From the NCBI GenBank assembly GCA_965215185.1, contig OZ244034.1:2144001-2208000 (forward strand): a DNA stretch of 64,000 bases, written 5' to 3'. The stretch's first letter is position 1. Each line of letters opens with the position of its first letter. The position numbers were made by a program, and so were the translations under genes. The notes under the pieces were generated by a model. The model worked only from the letters and a program-made list of their open reading frames with translations. It ran no database searches and had not been told where the DNA came from. Below are positions 10,186-19,367 of the stretch, in pieces. The stretch is from Acidimicrobiia bacterium. GTDB lineage: Bacteria; Actinomycetota; Acidimicrobiia; Spongiisociales; ZC4RG35.

Positions 10186-11520
10186 CTAGCGGGCGGGCGG
10201 TTCCCACCACTCGGAGAGCACCTCGTTGAAAGGCCGGGTGGGAACCGACACCAATTCCCCCAGGGAAGTTTCGTATCCGTCAACCGAGACCCGCAGATGG
10301 GTTATCTGTGAGAGTTCAAGGTCGTGGTAACGCCATGCCCAGCCCACCGCCTCGGCGACCGACCATCCACTGTCCAGGTGGAAGGTGTGGGAAAGGGTTT
10401 GGAAGTTGGAAAGCAATTCGATGAGAGAGGAGCTTCGCAAGCCGCCGGCCAGCTTCAGCAGCAATTCCCGTTGATGTCTCTGACGGACATGATCTGAGTC
10501 CCACGCCCTCAGCCATTCCCCATCCACCAGTTGTCGGGCATTGCGAGACCGAACGTAGGCCAGGGACACGGCGCCGTCGGCGATCAGACACCCTTCCTCG
10601 GCGATATCCAATCCGGCGTTGAGGTCATGTGTGGGGTAATCGAAGCAGATCTCGACACCCCCCAGGCCGTCCACCAATTCCACGAATCCATCGAAGTCGA
10701 CCCGCACGTATTGGTCCACCTTCACACCGGTAAAACCCTCGATGGTCACCCCCAATAGCTCAGGTCCGCTTATACCCCCGCGGCACCCCCACAGGTTGGC
10801 GTTTATTCGCCGATAGTCCTCTGTGCAGGGATTGGGGATGTATAGATCGCGAGGGATCGAAACCAGGGCAGGCGTCGACCCGTCCTCGGGGAACAGGGCA
10901 AGCATTATGGTGTCCGCCAATTTCCCGCTGGCGTCGGCGCCGATCAACAGCACCGTGTCGAACATTCCATCAGGCAAGGACGGACTGACCACGTGCGAAT
11001 TGGAATAGGGCTCTGGCGTGGGTTCCTCCTCGACTTGGCGGGCCGAGGAAGGCGCCCACCCCTGGATGTCAAAACCAAACTCGGGGGACTCCCCCGAGGT
11101 AGTGGACAACAACTCTTCTGGCGACAACTGCGTATCCGCTTCAGGAGGAAACAGGGAGGTCTGACTCGAACCATCCAAACTCCGGCTCGGACGGTCGGTC
11201 TGGATCTGATTGGGAGGGCTTGATGGTTCTCTGAACGCCGCCACCTCTCCTTCGACACCAGACGTCAGAACCTCTGCAGGTAAATCTTGCCGTATGTTGA
11301 AGTCCTCCCGGGAGTTCTTAACCTGGCCGAGAGTCTGGCTCTCCATGATTTCCCGAGCGTCCACCGTCGAATACCGCTCTTCGTCCGTGAAGGACTCCAA
11401 GCTCACGCTCACCAGCGTGACTACCACCAAAACCATTCCCGCAATCCCCATCGAGATTCGTCTCAGTCTCCGGCGGGGCTTGATCCCGTCTCCGTCTGCG
11501 GAAGTCAACTTGTCGGTCAC
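10186..11520 (-). CDS. LCP family protein, copy 2
   Basis: GTG at 11520 with GAGGAGG upstream; TM helix; SIPRDLY, VDFDGFVELVDGLGGV, LAYVRSR; clearly paralogous to copy 1. Confidence 0.92.
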   Translation of the reverse strand: MTDKLTSADGDGIKPRRRLRRISMGIAGMVLVVVTLVSVSLESFTDEERYSTVDAREIMESQTLGQVKNSREDFNIRQDLPAEVLTSGVEGEVAAFREPSSPPNQIQTDRPSRSLDGSSQTSLFPPEADTQLSPEELLSTTSGESPEFGFDIQGWAPSSARQVEEEPTPEPYSNSHVVSPSLPDGMFDTVLLIGADASGKLADTIMLALFPEDGSTPALVSIPRDLYIPNPCTEDYRRINANLWGCRGGISGPELLGVTIEGFTGVKVDQYVRVDFDGFVELVDGLGGVEICFDYPTHDLNAGLDIAEEGCLIADGAVSLAYVRSRNARQLVDGEWLRAWDSDHVRQRHQRELLLKLAGGLRSSSLIELLSNFQTLSHTFHLDSGWSVAEAVGWAWRYHDLELSQITHLRVSVDGYETSLGELVSVPTRPFNEVLSEWWEPPAR

Positions 11521-11533
11521 CTTCAGTCCCTCC

Positions 11534-11983
11534 TCATGAGGGGCTTGCCGATGAGTGCCCTTGCCGGTGAAACACTGTTCCTGTGAACAGCCCGACAATC
11601 CGTCCGTCGCCGCGCTGTACCTCGATCTGATAGGTCGCCACCGAACGCGAACGTGTGGCAGGTCGCGCCGTGGCGACGAGACGGTCCCCGACCCTCGCAG
11701 AGGCAGCCTGGACCAGGTGGGTGTCGAGGGCGACCGCCTCCACCTCGGCATTGGAGATCAAAGACAGTGCGATATCGGCCAGCGAATACACTACTGCTCC
11801 ATGGACCAACTCCATGAAGTTGGTGTGGCGGGTTTCTATACCCAGAGCAACCGTCAGCCGTTTCGGATCCGGATCGACAAGCCGCACTCCCAGGTGGGAG
11901 GCATAGGGATCGGAAGCCACCATCTTGCGGAGCCGGGAGACGGTTTCCTCTCCCGGCCGGGAAAGTTCGGGGATTTCAGACAT
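11534..11983 (-). CDS. PaaI family hotdog-fold thioesterase
   Basis: HTNFMELVHGAVVYSLADIA; ATG at 11983 overlaps the upstream stop. Confidence 0.88.
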   Translation of the reverse strand: MSEIPELSRPGEETVSRLRKMVASDPYASHLGVRLVDPDPKRLTVALGIETRHTNFMELVHGAVVYSLADIALSLISNAEVEAVALDTHLVQAASARVGDRLVATARPATRSRSVATYQIEVQRGDGRIVGLFTGTVFHRQGHSSASPS

Positions 11984-12668
11984 CCAATTCCGCGATCCAG
12001 GCATCGAACAATTGGTGGGCGCCCACCATGAGGTCCCCTTCTGCCTCCTCCATCTCCGCGGCGAACTCTTGCGGAGTCTTGCCCGCCCTTTCCAACATAT
12101 CCCGAGCATCGTGATTCGCCCACTCGTTGGCTTCGGCGTTGTGGGTTTCGGGATGAAACTGGATCCCTAACGCCGATCCCTTGACAAAAGCCTGGGGAAA
12201 GCGGTTGGAATGGGCTAACAGCTCACTTCCCGGCGGCGTGTCGAACGTGTCCTGATGCATCGAGAACACCCGCCGTCCGGCCACCTTCGACACCACCGGA
12301 TGCCGGTGGCCCGCTTCGGTAAGTTGGACAGATACCGCTCCCACTTCGGGGCGGTCGGCAAGGTAAGCCCGACCACCTAAAGCCGCCGCCAATATTTGAG
12401 AGCCCAGGCAAATGCCTAATACCGGCACTTGCCTCTCGGCCGCTTCGCGTACCAAAGCCAGCTCTTCCATCAAAAAGGGGTAGCCCTCCGTTTCGTAGGC
12501 GCCCATAACCCCGCCCATAATCACCAAAGCCCCGATCGCATCCATCGGAGGAAAGGGATCGCCCTCCGCCACATTTGCCTCCTCCCATTCCAGGCCCCAA
12601 CTGTCGAGACGCTCCGCCAACCTGCCCACCGACCCGCACGAGTGTTTGATAACCACCACTCTTGCCAT
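11976..12668 (-). CDS. type 1 glutamine amidotransferase (GuaA-like, stand-alone)
   Basis: MGG, LGICLGSQ (Cys nucleophile), QFHPE (His-Glu); ATG at 12668 lies 8 nt after TAAACT. Confidence 0.9.
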   Translation of the reverse strand: MARVVVIKHSCGSVGRLAERLDSWGLEWEEANVAEGDPFPPMDAIGALVIMGGVMGAYETEGYPFLMEELALVREAAERQVPVLGICLGSQILAAALGGRAYLADRPEVGAVSVQLTEAGHRHPVVSKVAGRRVFSMHQDTFDTPPGSELLAHSNRFPQAFVKGSALGIQFHPETHNAEANEWANHDARDMLERAGKTPQEFAAEMEEAEGDLMVGAHQLFDAWIAELDV

Positions 12669-12815
12669 TGGACACCAGTTTAACGGCAGCCAAAAGCTAT
12701 CGTAAAGGCTCGTATGGTCGGCGCCGGACTCCCAAATGTGACAAGACCTTGCTGGAAACCCATCCACGGCGGCCAACCTCCGCAGTGACCCTCCTCGATA
12801 GATTTGTCCAATAGC

Positions 12816-15041
12816 ATGCAGCCCGATTATCGGCCTCCAACACCGTCGCATCGACTGCTGGGGCTCACCGACCAGGAGTTACAGGCTATCTGCAACGATC
12901 TGGGCCGTCCACCCCGGGAGGCCGAGTTGGCGGCGTACGGGGGGATGTGGTCAGAAGGCTGTTCATACAAGTCTTCTGCCCCCTACCTGCGTCGGCTCAC
13001 TTCAAAAGCCCCTTGGGTGGTGGTCGGGCCGGGAGACAACGCCGGAGTAATCGACATCGGGGATGGTTGGCAGCTGGCGTTGCGGATCGAAAGCCACAAT
13101 CACCCCTCCTATGTCGATCCTCGGCGGGGCGCCGCCACCGGAGTTGCCGGGGTGCTAAGAGATGTCGCGGCCATGGGCGCTCAACCCGTCGCGCTGTTGA
13201 ACCAGATTCGCTTCGGGCCCCTCAGCCTGCCCAGAAGCCGTCGCCGACTGCGAGAAGTTGTGGAAGGGTTGGCGGGATACGCCACGACGGTGGGGGTCCC
13301 GATCGTGGGGGGAGAAGTGGCGTTCTCAGAGAGCTACGTAGATAACCCCCTGGTGAATGTGATGTGTGTGGGAACACTCCGCCAAGGGGAACTGGTCCGT
13401 GGAGAGGCAGGCCCGGTAGGGACCAAACTGGTGCTGCTGGGAGCGCCCACCGGTCCCGACGGAATCGGGGGGGTCTCGATTCTTGCCTCAACCGGCGCTC
13501 GTCGTTTGGAATCTTTTTCCGTGGACATTCCAGAGGGCGATCCCGAACTGGCCTTCCGGCTGCTGGGCGCCTGCCGGGAATTGGCTCAGCGGGGGGTGGT
13601 CCGGGGGTTGCAGGACTTGGGAGGAGGGGGACTGGTCAGTGCTGCCACCGAACCGGCCGCCAGATCGGGAGTGGGCGTCAGTCTTGATCTGTCGGCCATT
13701 CACACCCGTGAGGAAGAGATTGACGCGGCGGGTCTGCTGACTTCCGAAACCCAGGAGAGGATGTTGGCTTTCGCGGACCCGGATTCGGTGGATGCGGTCC
13801 TGGAGACCGCCAACCGGCGGGGAGTGGCTGCTTCGGTGATAGGGGAAGTCATCTCTTCGCAAGTGCTGCGGGTAACCCACCAGGATGAGGTAGTAGTGGA
13901 GGCGCCGATCCATTCCCTTACCCAGGGAGCGGTGGTTGATCATCACCAGATCGGTGAGCCGGGATGGATGGAGAACCTGTGGTCCAATAGCATCCGTTTC
14001 CTACGGAGACCCGCCTTGGGCGCCGTACTGTTGGAGCTCCTCGACGACCCTCGGCTCGCCTCCAAACGCTGGATCTATCAGCGATATCCCATCAAGGCGC
14101 GAGACGGCGTCATGGTCGGCCCCGGCCAAAACCACGCTCTCCTGCAAATTCCCGGCACCTCCAAGTCGGTGGCCGTATCGACCGATGGCAATGGCATGCT
14201 TTGCTACCTGGATCCGCGCCGGGGCGTGGAAAGGCTGGTGTGTGAAGCAGCCCTGAATGTCGCCATCTCGGGCGCCCGGCCTCTGGCCGTGGTGGACAAC
14301 CTCAATTTCGGAAGCCCGGACAGTCCCGACGTAATGTGGCAATTCCGGGAAACCGTGGAAGGCCTGGCCGAAGCCTGTGAGTTGCTGGGTCTTCCCGTGG
14401 TGTCGGGGAACGTGTCTTTCCACAACGAGATAGACGGCTATCCCATCTACCCCACCCCGGTCATAGGGGTGGTGGGAGTGGCGGATCCGGCGCCCGCCAA
14501 TCCACCCGGAATGGACCGGGCTCAAGAGGGCATGGAGCTTTGGCTCCTGGGGTTTGACGACACGGTAAACCTGGCGGGCAGTTCATTCGCAAAAGTCGCC
14601 TTCGGCCACCTGGGAGGCCGACCCGCCGCTGCCGACTTCACTCTTTGCAGGTCGGCGATCCAGACCGCTCTCCAACTGGTGGAGGAGGGCGTGACCCCGG
14701 TTCTCCACGACATCTCCGATGGAGGCCTAGCGCTGGCCGCCGCCGAGATCGCCATCTCTTCCCAGGTGGGAGTGAACGTCACCTTCAGGGACTGGCGAAG
14801 CCTCTTCACGGAAGACCCCAACCGACTGCTGGCAGCCGTTTCGCCCCGGAATGTTCCTCGATTGACAGAAATTGCTGCTCTACACGGCTTGCCGGCTGCC
14901 CAGATAGGAACCTTTGGAGGAAGCGAGGTCTCAATAGAAAGCAGCGGAGTGCGCGGGGCTGTCAATCTGGCGGTGGCCTCCCGTACCTGGAAAGACGCCA
15001 TTGCTCGGCGCATGGAAGAAAACGCTGATTGGGGACCGTGA
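12816..15041 (+). CDS. purL: phosphoribosylformylglycinamidine synthase subunit PurL homologue (divergent active site)
   Basis: GPGDNAG, ESHNHPS, GAATGV, NLNFGSP, SGNVSF, PTPVIG, HDISDGG; but WSEGCSYK instead of WSEHCSYK. Confidence 0.85.
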   Translation: MQPDYRPPTPSHRLLGLTDQELQAICNDLGRPPREAELAAYGGMWSEGCSYKSSAPYLRRLTSKAPWVVVGPGDNAGVIDIGDGWQLALRIESHNHPSYVDPRRGAATGVAGVLRDVAAMGAQPVALLNQIRFGPLSLPRSRRRLREVVEGLAGYATTVGVPIVGGEVAFSESYVDNPLVNVMCVGTLRQGELVRGEAGPVGTKLVLLGAPTGPDGIGGVSILASTGARRLESFSVDIPEGDPELAFRLLGACRELAQRGVVRGLQDLGGGGLVSAATEPAARSGVGVSLDLSAIHTREEEIDAAGLLTSETQERMLAFADPDSVDAVLETANRRGVAASVIGEVISSQVLRVTHQDEVVVEAPIHSLTQGAVVDHHQIGEPGWMENLWSNSIRFLRRPALGAVLLELLDDPRLASKRWIYQRYPIKARDGVMVGPGQNHALLQIPGTSKSVAVSTDGNGMLCYLDPRRGVERLVCEAALNVAISGARPLAVVDNLNFGSPDSPDVMWQFRETVEGLAEACELLGLPVVSGNVSFHNEIDGYPIYPTPVIGVVGVADPAPANPPGMDRAQEGMELWLLGFDDTVNLAGSSFAKVAFGHLGGRPAAADFTLCRSAIQTALQLVEEGVTPVLHDISDGGLALAAAEIAISSQVGVNVTFRDWRSLFTEDPNRLLAAVSPRNVPRLTEIAALHGLPAAQIGTFGGSEVSIESSGVRGAVNLAVASRTWKDAIARRMEENADWGP

Positions 15042-15072
15042 AACCGAAGCCACGGTTGCTGCCCTCCGGTCT

Positions 15073-15831
15073 TCAGTGTGTTACTCCGCAATCTCTTAGA
15101 TAATCCTCCACAGCCCCCGAGAGCAGCCACGCATCGGGACTGAGAGCCACCAGGGTGGCCCCGCCCTCCACGCCTCTCTTCGCATCGGCAGCCGAAGACA
15201 CTGCAATCCCGGAAGGCACGGCGTATTCACGGCACTTGTCAAACACCTGCTCCACCAGCCGCCAACGGGACTGGTCATCTCCCAGCACCCCGTGGGTCAA
15301 AGAGAGATCAATCGCCCCAACCAAGATGGCGTCCACACCTGGAACCGAGAGGATTTCAGCCAAATTGGCGAGTCCGCCGCGGGTTTCGATCATGACTACG
15401 CACAGAACTTGTTCGTTGGCCAGATCCGTGCTCCACTCCGGCCTTCCCAACGCGGCGCGCACCGGCCCGAAACTTCGACTACCCAACGGTGGATAGCGAC
15501 AAGCCGCTACCGCCGCCGCCGCGTCGGCAGCGCTGTCGACCATGGGAACAATGACACCGGCTGCTCCCGCATCCAAGACCCGCCCGATCTCCCAGGGGTT
15601 CGCGCCGTTTACCCTGACGATCGACGGAATACCGAACCTGTCGACTACCTGGAGCGCTCCAACCATCTGGTCATGAGCCCAGAGCCCGTGTTGAAGATCG
15701 ATTCCTACCCAATCGAATGGGTGATGGCAGAATACCTCCACCACGAAAGGCGATGGCATCATGCACCAGGCACCATAACAGACATCCCCTTTTTGGAGAC
15801 GCTGCTTCAGAAGAGGTGAACGTGGGTTCAT
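15073..15831 (-). CDS. HpcH/HpaI aldolase family
   Basis: IDLQHG, VLDAGAAGVIVPMV, YPPLGSRSFG, VMIET, GAIDLS. Confidence 0.92.
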   Translation of the reverse strand: MNPRSPLLKQRLQKGDVCYGAWCMMPSPFVVEVFCHHPFDWVGIDLQHGLWAHDQMVGALQVVDRFGIPSIVRVNGANPWEIGRVLDAGAAGVIVPMVDSAADAAAAVAACRYPPLGSRSFGPVRAALGRPEWSTDLANEQVLCVVMIETRGGLANLAEILSVPGVDAILVGAIDLSLTHGVLGDDQSRWRLVEQVFDKCREYAVPSGIAVSSAADAKRGVEGGATLVALSPDAWLLSGAVEDYLRDCGVTH

Positions 15832-15839
15832 GACGGGGG

Positions 15840-16940
15840 TCAGGGACGAACCGCGGAGGCGATCTCATCTACGGAGAGGCCATTTAGGCCGAGGCGCTCC
15901 AGGGTGCGTCCCGCGGTGATCGCCTTCTCCAAACCTGCAGCCATGGCCAGGTTCAACAACGCCTTGGCCACGGGAGTTTCTACTCCCGCCACTTCCGCCA
16001 ACCCCACCAGCGGCAGCAACCCGTAACCGAAGTCCTCGGTGTAATAGCGGTGATCGAGCGAGTCGGGAGCCATGATCGCCGCATTGGCGCTTCCTCCTGC
16101 TATCGCGGTCTGCAGGTCGTCCAGGTCGGCGTCCTCCTCCACCGTTCCTATCGCCGACATCTCCTCCATCAGTGACGGCGGACCATATCCGAAGGCCGCC
16201 GCCACCGCCAACCGTTCTTGGTCCAAACGTGACATCACCGATGCCACCCCCGCGGTCATCCCCTCGACATAGAAACGAAATGCGCCGCCGGTTGCCTCCA
16301 CCCAGGCCGCTCCCAGAATCGCCCCCGGAGGATGCAGCACCATGTTCACCTCCGCCAACCCCACCGCCAGCACATCCGGCATGGGCGCCGATCCTGGGTA
16401 GAGCTGCGAGATCAAGGTCAGGGCATCCTCTCCTCCCGGGAGACACCCCACCAGCATCCGGGCCGCGGCGCCGGTTATGTTCACCACCCATTGAGGGAGA
16501 CCATCCTCATTCCCCGCGGTAGGGCAGGCGCGCACCGTATAGGGCAGGGTTGAGGACTCGGCCAAGGGCGGCAGACCAACCGCACCGGCGTCGCGCATCA
16601 CCTTCGCCACCTCCAACGCTCCACCCAAGTGCCCCGGCGCCAGCATCACCGGCGCCTCACACCCCACCTGCGCCAGATTCCGGGCTATATCACGGTGGGC
16701 GGTGGAGGGTAAACACACAAGAACCCCGGCGGCCCCTCTGATAGCCATCGAAAGGTCGTCGGTGCAACTGACCGGCATTACTCCGTCGCCGAGCACTCCC
16801 CGATATGCCAGCCGGTATCCCGATGGTGGCCGCAAGGGAACCGTGCGTCGCCACCAAACCACCTCGAATCCCCGCAGGGTCAGGTCGACTGTCGCCGCCA
16901 TGCCCCCCGCTCCACCCCCCATAACCACTATCCGGGTCAT
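15840..16940 (-). CDS. NAD/NADP octopine/nopaline (opine) dehydrogenase family
   Basis: VMGGGAGG Rossmann motif, LAPGHLGG, ESSTLPY, NMVLHPP, HRYYTEDFGYGL. Confidence 0.88.
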   Translation of the reverse strand: MTRIVVMGGGAGGMAATVDLTLRGFEVVWWRRTVPLRPPSGYRLAYRGVLGDGVMPVSCTDDLSMAIRGAAGVLVCLPSTAHRDIARNLAQVGCEAPVMLAPGHLGGALEVAKVMRDAGAVGLPPLAESSTLPYTVRACPTAGNEDGLPQWVVNITGAAARMLVGCLPGGEDALTLISQLYPGSAPMPDVLAVGLAEVNMVLHPPGAILGAAWVEATGGAFRFYVEGMTAGVASVMSRLDQERLAVAAAFGYGPPSLMEEMSAIGTVEEDADLDDLQTAIAGGSANAAIMAPDSLDHRYYTEDFGYGLLPLVGLAEVAGVETPVAKALLNLAMAAGLEKAITAGRTLERLGLNGLSVDEIASAVRP

Positions 16941-16950
16941 CTGCCCACTC

Positions 16951-18141
16951 TCAATCGCCCTCACCCAGATCCAAACTGAGGGCTTCGGCCACCGAGTACT
17001 TCTCGACCTTCTCCAGATCCACCTCCACCCCCAAACCCACACCTACAGGCACCATGACCCGCCCCTGCTCGAAATCAAAGGAGCCGGTAATCAAGTCATC
17101 GGTGTAGTAGATGCCGGCTATCTGCGGGCGGTTGCTTTCCTCGGGACCGGAAACCGGGCAGACACTGGGGAGAATGGCGTTTTCAACCGCCGCTCCCAGC
17201 GCCAGGTTGGCAGCGTTTCCGATCCCGGTTTCGATCGACCCGCCGATATCGCACATCATTCCCATACGGCGGGCGGCATCAGCCTGCTGGCGGGCTCGGA
17301 ATAGACCTCCCGGTTTGGTGACGTAGCAGGAGAAGTATTCGGCGGCTCCCAATTCCACCAGTTCCCAGATGTCCTCCACGGTCCACGCAGATTCGTCGGC
17401 CATTATCGGCACGTCCACCCGCTGGGCAACCGCTGCCAGTCCTTGTGCGCCGGCCACCGGTTGCTCGCACAGCATTATGTCATATTCCTCCTGGGCGCGG
17501 GTGACTCGCACCGCCTCCGACACATGGGAATACCCTTCGTTTCCGTCCACCCGAATCTTGATCTGCGGCCCGACCAACTCCCGCAGACGACGTACCAACT
17601 CCACATCCCGAACGGGATCCAGTCCGGTTTTGCACTTGATGGTGAGCGCCCCTTCGGAGACCGCCTGCTGAGCCTCCTCCAAACACCGGTCAATGGACAT
17701 GATCCCCAACGAGTGCGCCAACTCGACTCCCCGGCGATGGGAACCGCCCAACAGGGTGGACACCCCCACCCCCATGGCCCGTCCCGCCAGGTCGTAGCAA
17801 GCGATGTCGATCATGGCCTTGGCGTAGGGATGACCTTTCACCGCTTTGTCCATCCGGGCGTGAATCACCGCGATCTCTCGGGGATCGGTGGCGGCCACCG
17901 CCGGGAGCAGGTATTTGGAAGCCACCGTCCGTACCGTCTCGGGGGACTCGCCGTAATATCGCATCGCCGAACCGCCCCAGGTCATTCCGGCCGGGGCCTC
18001 TCCCCATCCTTCCAACCCCTGGTCGGTACGCAATCTGAGGATGGCGTGGTGGCCTATGGGAGCGGTCATCTTGGAAGCCCAGGTGTGGTGACGCCTGGTG
18101 GGCAGGGCCACTATGTAGACGGTGGCGCTGGTTATTTTCAC
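16951..18141 (-). CDS. enolase superfamily enzyme, muconate-lactonizing-enzyme subgroup
   Basis: GWGEA, KCK, DGNEG, CEQP, ADES metal ligands, GLGVEVD. Confidence 0.9.
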   Translation of the reverse strand: MKITSATVYIVALPTRRHHTWASKMTAPIGHHAILRLRTDQGLEGWGEAPAGMTWGGSAMRYYGESPETVRTVASKYLLPAVAATDPREIAVIHARMDKAVKGHPYAKAMIDIACYDLAGRAMGVGVSTLLGGSHRRGVELAHSLGIMSIDRCLEEAQQAVSEGALTIKCKTGLDPVRDVELVRRLRELVGPQIKIRVDGNEGYSHVSEAVRVTRAQEEYDIMLCEQPVAGAQGLAAVAQRVDVPIMADESAWTVEDIWELVELGAAEYFSCYVTKPGGLFRARQQADAARRMGMMCDIGGSIETGIGNAANLALGAAVENAILPSVCPVSGPEESNRPQIAGIYYTDDLITGSFDFEQGRVMVPVGVGLGVEVDLEKVEKYSVAEALSLDLGEGD

Positions 18142-19133
18142 GCTTTCTCTTCCTCGTAAAGCTCGATTACATTGCCGTCCGGGTCAGCCACGTAGACCGT
18201 CAAGCCATATGGTCCGGGCCCCAGCGGGCGAACAATCCGATACCCGGCCGCCGCAACCCGTTGCTCGAACTCCGCCACTCCCCGGACCTCGAATGCGAAG
18301 TGATCGACCTGTCCGCCTTTTCCGCTGCCCCGCTCGGTGAGACCCAAGCCCTGCTCGGTGCCGATGAACCGTCTCCCATCACGAAAGGGCGCCCGGTTCT
18401 TTACCGAGAATCCCAATAGGTCCACATAGAAACGCTCAGCCGCATCCAAGTCCGTGGCCTCCAGCAACACATGACGTAAACCACTGACCACCGGTGCGGT
18501 GCTCCTCTTCGACCATTCAATCACCTCTGATGAGGTGGACAGCGCCGCAAAGTAATACCCCCATACTTCAACCGCTGACGCCTCCCACTGAGGGCGAACA
18601 CCGGTTATGCAGTCCGTCACCGCCACCACGTCGTAGTCCCTCAGATAGGCCTCGCGTATGGTGGTCTCCACGCAGGCGTTGAGCGTCACCCCCGTGACAA
18701 ACAGCGTCCGCACCCCCAGCATCCGCAACATTGCCTCAAGCCGTGTCTGATAAAAGGCCCCGAACCGGTGCTTGAGTATCACCATGGTCGGATCGTCGAC
18801 CAACTCTGCCAACTCGGCAACGATCTCCGCGTCCCAGCTTCCGGCCAGGGCCGCCACCCGGGAACGGCGCTCGGTATGGGAAGGTAGACGTTTCTGCTGC
18901 CTGCTCCGATCAGGCTGCAGGTGGGCCTGCACTGTCCAGATCACCGGAATCTCGGCCCTCTGGAACGCCTCGACCATCTCCCCGATGGGGCCATAGACGG
19001 CTTGAGCAGGGCCGACGTCGACCCCTGAATCGCCCAGAGTCCCCTCCGGATGGCAGAAGGCGTTCTGCATGTCGATCACCAGCAACGCCGACGACGCCGG
19101 ATCGAGGACCGAAAGGTTTGCTACCCGGCTCAT
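18138..19133 (-). CDS. isochorismatase-family cysteine hydrolase fused to a C-terminal VOC domain
   Basis: VIDMQNAF, ILKHRFGAF, NACVETT (Asp-Lys-Cys triad); then LRHVLL..FYVDLLGF..DHFAFEV..DPDGNVIEL. Confidence 0.9.
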   Translation of the reverse strand: MSRVANLSVLDPASSALLVIDMQNAFCHPEGTLGDSGVDVGPAQAVYGPIGEMVEAFQRAEIPVIWTVQAHLQPDRSRQQKRLPSHTERRSRVAALAGSWDAEIVAELAELVDDPTMVILKHRFGAFYQTRLEAMLRMLGVRTLFVTGVTLNACVETTIREAYLRDYDVVAVTDCITGVRPQWEASAVEVWGYYFAALSTSSEVIEWSKRSTAPVVSGLRHVLLEATDLDAAERFYVDLLGFSVKNRAPFRDGRRFIGTEQGLGLTERGSGKGGQVDHFAFEVRGVAEFEQRVAAAGYRIVRPLGPGPYGLTVYVADPDGNVIELYEEEKA

Positions 19134-19324
19134 ACGTCGGTCCGGTCCGGGCCCAGCACTCCGGCCAGGCCCCAATTCTCCCGTGGAACATCATGGATGA
19201 TCACATGCAGGGCGTCGAGACGGGCTTCGGCATGTTCCACCATTGCCTCGGTGATGGCTTTCACCAGACGGCGTTTTTGTTCTGTGGTTCTTCCTTCCCA
19301 CATTTCCACGGTGACAACCGGCAC
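19130..19324 (-). CDS. 4-oxalocrotonate tautomerase family protein
   Basis: GTG at 19324 gives (M)PVVTVEMWEGRTTEQKRRLVKAIT...NWGLAG, with catalytic Pro1; 64 aa. Confidence 0.93.
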   Translation of the reverse strand: MPVVTVEMWEGRTTEQKRRLVKAITEAMVEHAEARLDALHVIIHDVPRENWGLAGVLGPDRTDV

Positions 19325-19367
19325 GACGCTGCTCCCTTCATGGCTTTCGTATCTAAATTTAGGCAAG

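Noticed and set aside
11976-12668. Calling the glutaminase purQ because it abuts purL
   Set aside because: It lacks the PurQ signatures (FPGSNC, GGFSYGD, GICNGFQ, MPHPER) and resembles GuaA-like stand-alone GATases.
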